Source: a bacterium
GTDB lineage: Bacteria > Electryoneota > B3-LCP
Reading direction: 5' to 3'
NCBI GenBank assembly: GCA_026394195.1
Contig: JAPKYS010000023.1
Location: 468,621 to 532,620, forward strand
DNA: 64,000 nt
Below are positions 56,651 to 64,000 of this stretch, one piece after another; position 1 is the stretch's first letter; each line of letters begins with the position of its first letter. The notes below the pieces were generated by a model. That model saw only the letters and a list, made by a program, of their open reading frames with translations. It made no database searches and was not told the origin of the DNA. The position numbers and the translations under genes were made by a program.

Positions 56651-57463
56651 CTAAGAAGCAAGTGTTTCATTCATGCTGCCCGTGCGATAACCCTGCAGGT
56701 CCAAAGCGACGTACTTGTATCCAGTCTCTTTAATCTCTGCAACAATCCGGGATCGAAACGCCTCGTCGGCAAATCGAGCGATTTCTGCTGGTTCGACTTC
56801 GATGCGCGCCACGTCTCCGTGATGGCGAACTCTTACGGTTCGTAATCCTGCTGAATAGAGTAGGTCTTCCGCTCGCTCAACCTGTTTGAGAGCTTCACTG
56901 GTAATTGCAGTTCCATAGGGGATGCGCGAAGCCAGACAGGCGAAGGCAGGCAGATCCCAGGTTTTCAAGCGCAACTCCCGAGATCGATGACGGATCTCAG
57001 CCTTGGTAAACTCGCACTGGCGCAGTGGACTTTCTACCTGAAGCTCATTTAAGGCCAGCAACCCGGGTCTATGATCCTTTAGATCATCCAGGTTGGACCC
57101 ATCGACGACCACTTTGATCCCTTCCGATTCTGCGATTTTACGAATTTTCGAGAACAATTCCCATTTGCAATAATAACATCGGTTGGAAGGGTTGCGCCGG
57201 AACTGCGAATCCTCGATTTCGTGAGTTTCGATTTCTATAATCCGGACACCCATCTCCCGGGCTAACTGCCGGGCTCGATTTCGCTCTCGCTGCGGGTAGG
57301 TTTCCGAAATAGCCGTTATACCTATTACTTTATCCCCCAGCACATCGCCGGCTACGTGCAAAAGATAGGTGGAATCCACTCCACCGGAAAAGGCAACAGC
57401 CACCGATTGGTAGCCGCTCAGTAATCCTCTGAGTTTTTGCTCTTTTTCCAGTGCGTCCATCAT
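56651..57463 (-). CDS. PP-loop ATP pyrophosphatase (LarE-like, TIGR00268 family)
   Basis: AFSGGVDST PP-loop, conserved CYYCK cysteine motif. Confidence 0.8.
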   Translation of the reverse strand: MMDALEKEQKLRGLLSGYQSVAVAFSGGVDSTYLLHVAGDVLGDKVIGITAISETYPQRERNRARQLAREMGVRIIEIETHEIEDSQFRRNPSNRCYYCKWELFSKIRKIAESEGIKVVVDGSNLDDLKDHRPGLLALNELQVESPLRQCEFTKAEIRHRSRELRLKTWDLPAFACLASRIPYGTAITSEALKQVERAEDLLYSAGLRTVRVRHHGDVARIEVEPAEIARFADEAFRSRIVAEIKETGYKYVALDLQGYRTGSMNETLAS

Positions 57464-59217
57464 GGGAAAATTTTAGTTAGCTCTCTAGGATTTAAGACCG
57501 TTTGAAATTCGCCATCCTTGAAGCTCTTGATAAAAAGCGCCGAGTTGACTCGCTTACCTTCCGAAAATGACAATATCTTGTGATCGAGCGCCAATTTTCT
57601 CGATTTTTGTAATTGGATCAGGATCTCTTGAGCATCCAAGCGTGCCTTGTTCAGATTTGAAGAGCAGAGGAAGTTCATGGCGTCTCTGCCGATCTGCACT
57701 CTGCGGTCTCGCAGTTCTCCGACCAGATTGGAATATTTTTGCATATATTCCGGTCTTAAAGTCAACCCCTCAGGGTATTCGAAGGGCGAGGCAAAAACCA
57801 CGCCTTCCACATAGCGCCAATCAGAATCCGGTGTGATGGCGTCCAGACAGTTGCTGCTGCCGATAAGCTGCCCCTGGAATCCCGTTGCGGCAATTTGCGG
57901 AGCCAGAATCGAAATTTCATCTCCCTGAATTGGAACAAAAAGCCCGTCAATGTACCCGTTAGCTTCGGGCGTTTCCACTGGGCTGACGTATTTTAATATG
58001 CCATTCGGGTCTACTTCAGCATCATTTAACGATGAATCTTGTGGGAGGTCGTTCTGCGGGTTCGATACAGTATCAGCGCTGCTGACGCCACTCTGCGTCC
58101 CTGGGTTCAGCAAGGCGTCCAATTGCCTGTGATAGTTGGTCGCGCCCCGATAATACCATTGAATACCAGATATTTTGCCACCCAACGCTTCAAATCGAGA
58201 TTTAAAGCCTTCCACACGCTGCGTCCCTTCGTCGCTCGCTGGAGCGAGAACTGCGATGGACTTTAATTTCAAATTTTTCCTGGCGAAAGAAGCAATTATC
58301 TCGCCTTCCAAGTGATAATCGGTGAGGATTTGGAAGACATTCTCGCCAATCTGCGTCAAGCCGACGTCCTGAGACGCAGGAATAATTTGCGGAATTCCTG
58401 CAGCGGACGTCACTCCAGCAATGGCAGCTGAACAAACTCCGTCATAGTCACCGATGATGGCTACAACTCCTTCCTCGTCTATCAAAGCGCGGGCAGCCAA
58501 AACCGCCTCTGTAACGCTGCCGCGGCTATCCCGGCTGACAATCTCCAGATCAATGTCCCTGTTTTGTTCCATCCCCGTAAGAACGTCTTCGATGCCCGCT
58601 AGAATTTTTTCACCGATTGGTCCGTTGGGTCCGGATAAATCCAGGATCACCCCAATTTTGGTTGAAAGGACCATACCCTTAATGGCGGCCTGCAGCTCAC
58701 CTCTGAGCCGATCAGCTTTAACCCAAGACAACAAGTCCTGCTGCTGGATCTCGTCGAGGTAGTTGCCGAATATTCCCACCAGTTTTTCAGCAGCCAAATG
58801 CCTGAGATCATCATCCTGTGCATATTGCTCAGCGTTCAGAAGCTGCCAGGCTGATTCATGGTAATCGCCCCGTAAAAACGCTATTTCTCCGAGCAGGAAA
58901 TTCGCATGAGCCGCGTAGCGGCTGTGTGGAAACCTGGAAATCAATTCTCGAGCTTCGGCGCTTGCAAGATCAAGCTGATTCGTTTTCAGATAGCATTTAC
59001 CGATCAATAATCGCGCTTCACACTCATAGCGGGACTGTCCACCGCTGATGACCTGGCGAAAGTCCTCGATGGCAGTTTCAAAGTTGTTCTTCTTAGATTC
59101 TGTGAGCGCTCGTTGGAACGCTTCTTCATCCGGGTCCGTAGCTCTGCACCAAGATGTGAACACGATCCCCACCAGAAGGAGTAATATTGTCGCAAGTTTA
59201 GGTTTCAGGAAACTCAT
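57460..59217 (-). CDS. LpoA-like lipoprotein: N-terminal TPR domain fused to a type-I periplasmic-binding-protein fold
   Basis: Signal peptide and TPR helices (residues ~30-170), then a Peripla_BP_6/LivK-like domain (KIGVILDLSGP...IIGDYDGVCSAAIAG...). This matches LpoA architecture. Confidence 0.6.
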   Translation of the reverse strand: MSFLKPKLATILLLLVGIVFTSWCRATDPDEEAFQRALTESKKNNFETAIEDFRQVISGGQSRYECEARLLIGKCYLKTNQLDLASAEARELISRFPHSRYAAHANFLLGEIAFLRGDYHESAWQLLNAEQYAQDDDLRHLAAEKLVGIFGNYLDEIQQQDLLSWVKADRLRGELQAAIKGMVLSTKIGVILDLSGPNGPIGEKILAGIEDVLTGMEQNRDIDLEIVSRDSRGSVTEAVLAARALIDEEGVVAIIGDYDGVCSAAIAGVTSAAGIPQIIPASQDVGLTQIGENVFQILTDYHLEGEIIASFARKNLKLKSIAVLAPASDEGTQRVEGFKSRFEALGGKISGIQWYYRGATNYHRQLDALLNPGTQSGVSSADTVSNPQNDLPQDSSLNDAEVDPNGILKYVSPVETPEANGYIDGLFVPIQGDEISILAPQIAATGFQGQLIGSSNCLDAITPDSDWRYVEGVVFASPFEYPEGLTLRPEYMQKYSNLVGELRDRRVQIGRDAMNFLCSSNLNKARLDAQEILIQLQKSRKLALDHKILSFSEGKRVNSALFIKSFKDGEFQTVLNPRELTKIFP

Positions 59218-59219
59218 GG

Positions 59220-61046
59220 TTACTCAACTGTTACGCTTTTAGCCAGATTTCGGGGTTGATCGACGTTACAGCCGCGCAATACTGCTATGTAATATGCGAG
59301 CAACTGCAGCGGAATCACAGACAAGATGGGCATCAGGAAGTTCATGGTGCGGGGAATTTCCAAGATGTAATCCGCCTTTTCCGCCATCTCCACGTCTCCT
59401 TCGGTACAAACGGCGATGACGGTTCCCTGCCGAGCTTTCACCTCTTCAATATTGGAAATGACCTTTTCATAGGTTCCATCCTGAGTCGCTATAAATACAA
59501 CCGGCATGTCCTTGTCGATGAGGGCAATGGGACCGTGCTTCATTTCCGCCGCAGGGTAGCCTTCTGCATGAATGTAACTTATCTCTTTCAGTTTAAGAGC
59601 GCCTTCCAGTGCGATGGGGAAATTGTATCCCCGCCCGAGGTAGAGAAAATTGTGGCGGTCTTTGAACTTTTCCGCCAGAATTTTGATCGGTTCGGTATTT
59701 TCGAGTATCTTAGCTACCAGCAAGGGGAGATTTTTTAACTCTCGCACCATCCATCGACCTTGCGCCGCAGACAAACCCTTTCTGCGCCCCAGCAGGATAG
59801 CCAGCAGCGCCAGCACGGTGACCTGTGAAGTGAAGGCTTTGGTTGAAGCGACACCGATTTCAGGACCTGCATGCAGGTAGATGCCGGCTTCGGTTTCCCG
59901 GGCTATGCTCGAACCTACGACGTTGCAAATTCCCAGCGTGATCGCTCCTTTGCGGCGAGCTTCCTTTAGAGCTGCAAGCGTATCCGCCGTTTCTCCGGAT
60001 TGACTGATGGCGATAACAAATGTCCCTTCATCGATGATGGGGTCACGGTACCGAAATTCTGAAGCGTATTCAACCTCCACGGGAATCCGGGCGAACTCTT
60101 CGATCATATATTCACCAATCAGACTCGAATGCCAGGAAGTTCCACAGGCGACGATGATAATCCGGCGCGCGTCAGCCAACTTGTCTTCAAATTGTCGGAT
60201 GCCCCCCAGCTTGGTCGTCCCTTCTTCTTCCAGCAATCTCCCGCGCATCGAATCTTCCAGAGTGCGCGGTTGTTCCATGATCTCCTTGAGCATGAAGTGA
60301 TCGTAACCGCCCTTTTCGATCTGCTCCAGGTCCATGGTGACCGATTCGACGGTCTTTAAAACCTTCTGATTCGTCAACGTCCGATTTTGTACGGAATCAG
60401 CCGTAATGACCGCTATCTCGCCATCATCCAGGTAAATGGCATTTCGGGTGAAAGGGATGATTGCTGCCAGGTCAGATGCGAGAAAATTCTCGCCTTCGCC
60501 GACGCCGATGACCAGCGGACTACCCATTCGGGCTGCAATAATTTTATCGGGTTCCTTATCGCAGATCACAGCCAAACCGTAGGTGCCTCTGACCTGAGCC
60601 AATGCCATCTGCACCGCTTCCAGCAAATCGCCCTCGTAAGCTTCTTCGATCAGATGCGCCAGGGTTTCAGTATCCGTCTCAGTGCGAAACTTATGTCCAA
60701 GTTTTTCTAATCTGTGCCGGAGAGCCATATAGTTTTCCACAATACCGTTGTGCACCAGCGCGATGTGACCTTCGCGATCGATATGGGGGTGAGCATTCAC
60801 CTGCGAAGGAATGCCGTGCGTAGCCCAGCGGGTATGCCCCAATCCAAGCTGACCGTTCATCAGATGACCGTTTAGCATCTTTTCCAGTTGTGCGATCTTG
60901 CCGACTTCCTTCTTGACAATTATCTCCTTGCCGTCATAAATTGCCAATCCGGCAGAGTCATAACCTCGATATTCCATACGCTTTAAGCCGGACAGCAAGA
61001 TCGACATTGCCTGCTGTTTGCCGATATATCCGATAATCCCGCACAT
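59220..61046 (-). CDS. glmS: Glutamine--fructose-6-phosphate aminotransferase
   Basis: MCGIIGY Ntn Cys, two SIS domains. 608 aa. Confidence 0.95.
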   Translation of the reverse strand: MCGIIGYIGKQQAMSILLSGLKRMEYRGYDSAGLAIYDGKEIIVKKEVGKIAQLEKMLNGHLMNGQLGLGHTRWATHGIPSQVNAHPHIDREGHIALVHNGIVENYMALRHRLEKLGHKFRTETDTETLAHLIEEAYEGDLLEAVQMALAQVRGTYGLAVICDKEPDKIIAARMGSPLVIGVGEGENFLASDLAAIIPFTRNAIYLDDGEIAVITADSVQNRTLTNQKVLKTVESVTMDLEQIEKGGYDHFMLKEIMEQPRTLEDSMRGRLLEEEGTTKLGGIRQFEDKLADARRIIIVACGTSWHSSLIGEYMIEEFARIPVEVEYASEFRYRDPIIDEGTFVIAISQSGETADTLAALKEARRKGAITLGICNVVGSSIARETEAGIYLHAGPEIGVASTKAFTSQVTVLALLAILLGRRKGLSAAQGRWMVRELKNLPLLVAKILENTEPIKILAEKFKDRHNFLYLGRGYNFPIALEGALKLKEISYIHAEGYPAAEMKHGPIALIDKDMPVVFIATQDGTYEKVISNIEEVKARQGTVIAVCTEGDVEMAEKADYILEIPRTMNFLMPILSVIPLQLLAYYIAVLRGCNVDQPRNLAKSVTVE

Positions 61047-61109
61047 CTATCCCTCCAGATACTTTGAGATTGCTTTGGAGCCGATCAATTCACCGAGGTT
61101 GCTTTCAGC

Positions 61110-62654
61110 TTATTCCCACTCGACGGTGGCGGGTGGTTTTGAAGAGATATCGTAAACGACCCGGTTGATGCCCCGTACCTCATTGATGATTCGATTGGCG
61201 ATTTTTCCTAACAAATCCCAGGGGAAGCGGGTGAAGTCGGCGGTCATCCAGTCGAACGAATCCACTGCCCGTAATGCGACCACCTGTTCGTAGGTCCTCT
61301 CATCGCCCATTACACCAACCGATTTGACCGGCAGTAAAACCGCCAACGCTTGTGAGCTGCGATCATACCAGCCTGCTTTTTTCAATTCTTCTATGAATAT
61401 CTGATCGGCTCGAGCCACCAATTCGAGACGCTGCGGGGTAATTTCGCCCAAAATCCTGACCGCCAGACCGGGTCCCGGGAATGGGTGGCGCTTCACCAGT
61501 TCTTCAGACAATCCCAATTGAACTCCGACAGCACGCACCTCGTCTTTGAACAGTTCCTTCAACGGTTCGATCAGCTTCAGGCGCATTTTTTTCGGTAAGC
61601 CTCCGACGTTGTGGTGGCTTTTGATCGTGGCTGAGGGACCGCCTTTGGCGGATCGGCTCTCGATCAGATCCGGGTATAGCGTCCCCTGCGCCAGAAAATC
61701 GACCTGGCCAATCTTTTTAGCTTCCTCTTCGAAAACAGAGATGAATTCTCTGCCGATGATCTTGCGTTTTTCTTCAGGGTTTTCGACACCCGCCAGCGCT
61801 TTTAAGAATCTTTCGCGAGCGTCAGCCACTCGCAGATCCAAGGCGAATTGGTTGCGAAACAATTTCTCAACCTGATCCCGTTCTCCCAACCGCAGTAAAC
61901 CATTATCGACTAAAATACAATGCAGCTGATTCCCAATGGCTCTGTGGAGCAGCAACGCTGTTACCGAAGAATCAACTCCTCCGGAAAGGGCACAAATCAC
62001 CTGACCCGAACCGACCTGGCGCTGAATGTCGGCAACGGCATTTTCAATGAAGTTGGCAGCGTTCCAGGAACCTTGACATAAGCAGATTTTACGCAGGTAA
62101 TTCGATAATATTTGACTGCCGTTTTCAGTATGCGTTACTTCCGGGTGAAATTGAACACCGTAGCGTCGTTTGCCGGGATTCTCAATGGCTGCGTATGGCG
62201 ATCCGGATGAATGAGCAACAGAATGATAACCGGGAGGCAGAGCTTCGATATGGTCTCCATGGCTCATCCAAACGATCTGTGGTGAAGGCAATTCCTCAAA
62301 CAGCGGACACTCCGAACTTACCTGCACTTCAGTCCTGCCAAATTCACGCTCGGCGCCGGGATGCACCTTGCCGTTTTGCAGGTACGCTATCAGTTGAAGC
62401 CCATAGCAGATCCCGAGAATAGGGATTTCGAGATCGAAGATCGACGGATCGGGGTGGGGCGCGTCGAGTTGATAGACCGATGCCGGACCACCGGATAAAA
62501 TGATACCGGATGCTCCGAATTCTCTGATCCGTTCAGCCGGGCTGTCCGGTGGCCAGATGACGCTGTAGACTCCCAATTCCCGCACTCGCCGAGCGATTAA
62601 TTGCGTGGTCTGGGAGCCAAAATCCAGGATGATTATGGCTTCTTTGGAATTCAT
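61110..62654 (-). CDS. guaA: GMP synthase (glutamine-hydrolysing)
   Basis: GATase (GICYGLQ), PP-loop SGGVDSSV and the C-terminal dimerisation domain ending ...TVEWE. Confidence 0.95.
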   Translation of the reverse strand: MNSKEAIIILDFGSQTTQLIARRVRELGVYSVIWPPDSPAERIREFGASGIILSGGPASVYQLDAPHPDPSIFDLEIPILGICYGLQLIAYLQNGKVHPGAEREFGRTEVQVSSECPLFEELPSPQIVWMSHGDHIEALPPGYHSVAHSSGSPYAAIENPGKRRYGVQFHPEVTHTENGSQILSNYLRKICLCQGSWNAANFIENAVADIQRQVGSGQVICALSGGVDSSVTALLLHRAIGNQLHCILVDNGLLRLGERDQVEKLFRNQFALDLRVADARERFLKALAGVENPEEKRKIIGREFISVFEEEAKKIGQVDFLAQGTLYPDLIESRSAKGGPSATIKSHHNVGGLPKKMRLKLIEPLKELFKDEVRAVGVQLGLSEELVKRHPFPGPGLAVRILGEITPQRLELVARADQIFIEELKKAGWYDRSSQALAVLLPVKSVGVMGDERTYEQVVALRAVDSFDWMTADFTRFPWDLLGKIANRIINEVRGINRVVYDISSKPPATVEWE

Positions 62655-63416
62655 TTACATCAACCGTTCGACCTGTCCCTGCAATTTGGTCAATGTTGGG
62701 TAATGCGTCAAATCATAATGCACGGGCGTAACTGAAATAAATCCGGCTTTAACGGCGCGCTCGTCAATATTTGGATCATTTTCTTCCACTCCGCGTTCGC
62801 CATCCAACCAGAAGTAGACCCGACCCTTGGGGTCAGTCCGCCGGTGAAAAAGTTCTTCATAATTCGCCATTCCCTGGCGAGCCAGTTTGACTCCTTTAAT
62901 CTCCTCTTCCGGCAAGGCGGGCACGTTGACGTTGAAGAATATACCGGGAGGCAATTCAAAGGAAATCAGGTGCTGCGCCATCTTGACGGCGAAATGAGCC
63001 GCCGGTGTAAAGTTCTTATTCTGGTATGACGTCAGTGAAATAGCGAAAGAGGGGAGGCCGTTGATCCGCCCTTCGGTTGCTGCCGACACGGTGCCTGAGT
63101 AGATGATATTGATTCCGGTGTTGGATCCTTGATTGATTCCGGAGATGACCATGTCGGGCCGTTTGTCCAGCAGAGCGAAAAGCGCCAGTTTAACGCAATC
63201 TGCGGGCGTGCCGTCGACCGCCCAACCAAAAAATTCGCCGTCCTTGTAGAATTCTTCTGCACGCAGGGGGTCTGACATGGTGATGGCATGTCCTACCGCA
63301 GACATCTCCCGTGAAGGCGCTACAACGTGCACCTGCGCAATTTTCCTGATCTCGGTCACAAGCGCCTGCAGACCGGGCGCATGGATACCGTCATCATTGC
63401 ATATTAGAATATTCAT
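62655..63416 (-). CDS. surE: 5'/3'-nucleotidase SurE
   Basis: [16 protein letters not shown]-terminus and conserved SGINxGxN motif. Confidence 0.95.
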   Translation of the reverse strand: MNILICNDDGIHAPGLQALVTEIRKIAQVHVVAPSREMSAVGHAITMSDPLRAEEFYKDGEFFGWAVDGTPADCVKLALFALLDKRPDMVISGINQGSNTGINIIYSGTVSAATEGRINGLPSFAISLTSYQNKNFTPAAHFAVKMAQHLISFELPPGIFFNVNVPALPEEEIKGVKLARQGMANYEELFHRRTDPKGRVYFWLDGERGVEENDPNIDERAVKAGFISVTPVHYDLTHYPTLTKLQGQVERLM

Positions 63417-64000
63417 TTGGAATCATCATCCGGTGTTGCTTCGGTGGTCAAATGCATCAGCAGGGTGCTGATGGTTTTCTTCAATTGTGAACGATCTACG
63501 ATCATATCGATGAACCCATGTTGCAGCAAGAATTCAGACCGTTGGAAACCCGGTGGTAAGTCCTGGCCGATGGTCTGTTTGATCACCCGGGGACCCGCAA
63601 ATCCGATCAGGGCGCCGGGTTCGGCGATAATGACGTTTCCCAGCATTGAAAAGCTGGCCGTGGTGCCTCCGGTGGTCGGATGAGTGAGCAACGAGATATA
63701 GGGAATTTTTGCTTCGGCAAGCTGCGCCAACGCGCAGGTCGTTTTGGCCATTTGCAGGAGGCTGTACATCCCTTCCTGCATCCGCATCCCACCCGAAGCG
63801 CTGACTAACACCAGAGGATAACGGCCTTCTATGGATCTAATTACGGCCTGAGTGATCTTTTCCCCTACGACCGAGCCGACACTCCCTCCGAAAAAGGTAA
63901 ATTCCATGGCCACAAAGACGATTTTGCGGCCATCCAGCAAGCCGACACCGGTGCGGACGGCGTCGTTGATGCCGGTCGACTTGATGGCTTGCTGAACGCG
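63413..64000 (-). CDS. accD: Acetyl-CoA carboxylase carboxyltransferase beta subunit (partial; the 5' end lies beyond the window)
   Basis: Carboxyltransferase motifs ([26 protein letters not shown]-like). The reading frame is open to the window edge. Confidence 0.9.
   Translation of the reverse strand, partial: RVQQAIKSTGINDAVRTGVGLLDGRKIVFVAMEFTFFGGSVGSVVGEKITQAVIRSIEGRYPLVLVSASGGMRMQEGMYSLLQMAKTTCALAQLAEAKIPYISLLTHPTTGGTTASFSMLGNVIIAEPGALIGFAGPRVIKQTIGQDLPPGFQRSEFLLQHGFIDMIVDRSQLKKTISTLLMHLTTEATPDDDSK

Noticed and set aside
1-64000. Searched for CRISPR arrays, transposases/integrases, prophage genes, toxin-antitoxin pairs and defence islands
   Set aside because: No direct-repeat/spacer periodicity, no transposase/integrase/recombinase ORFs and no inverted terminal repeats were seen. 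The region looks like a conserved core chromosome.

Overview
This window looks like a core chromosomal region of a Gram-negative bacterium. Several features point to the FCB superphylum or a candidate phylum: a fused lpxC-fabZ gene, a TonB-dependent receptor with an N-terminal CarbopepD-like domain, and GT2/GT4 glycosyltransferases with TPR proteins in Bacteroidetes-like gene order. Almost every gene is on the minus strand. The window carries three housekeeping clusters: rpsP-KH-rimM-trmD-rplS with ffh; frr-pyrH-tsf-rpsB with rplM-rpsI; and the lipid A / outer-membrane cluster lpxA, lpxC-fabZ, lpxD, skp, bamA, tamB. It also carries dxr-rseP, uppS, argS, panBC, mnmA, iscS, glmS, guaA, surE and a partial accD. 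The most unusual features are listed here. (1) A cobalamin riboswitch on the minus strand at about 6088-6285 has the GGTG-AA-TCC core, the CCCGCAACTGT element, a B12 box and an intrinsic terminator. It sits in front of a four-gene putative B12 uptake operon: an ECF S-component / BtuM-like membrane protein, an unknown 619-aa secreted protein, a TonB-dependent receptor and a TPR-like protein. (2) Two tandem, translationally coupled EutN/CcmL microcompartment vertex genes lie beside deoB, with no shell hexamer genes in the window. (3) A lone short flagellin is co-transcribed with a MerR-family regulator from a near-consensus sigma-28 (FliA) promoter. (4) hldE is split into separate kinase and adenylyltransferase genes with a tRNA-Val(CAC) between them. 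(5) The S16, S2 and RsfS proteins carry long low-complexity C-terminal tails, and RsfS has no canonical start codon upstream of its conserved domain. (6) A structured intergenic region with a sigma-70-like promoter lies upstream of the zinc-ribbon-deoB-eutN operon. No CRISPR arrays, transposases or integrases were seen.
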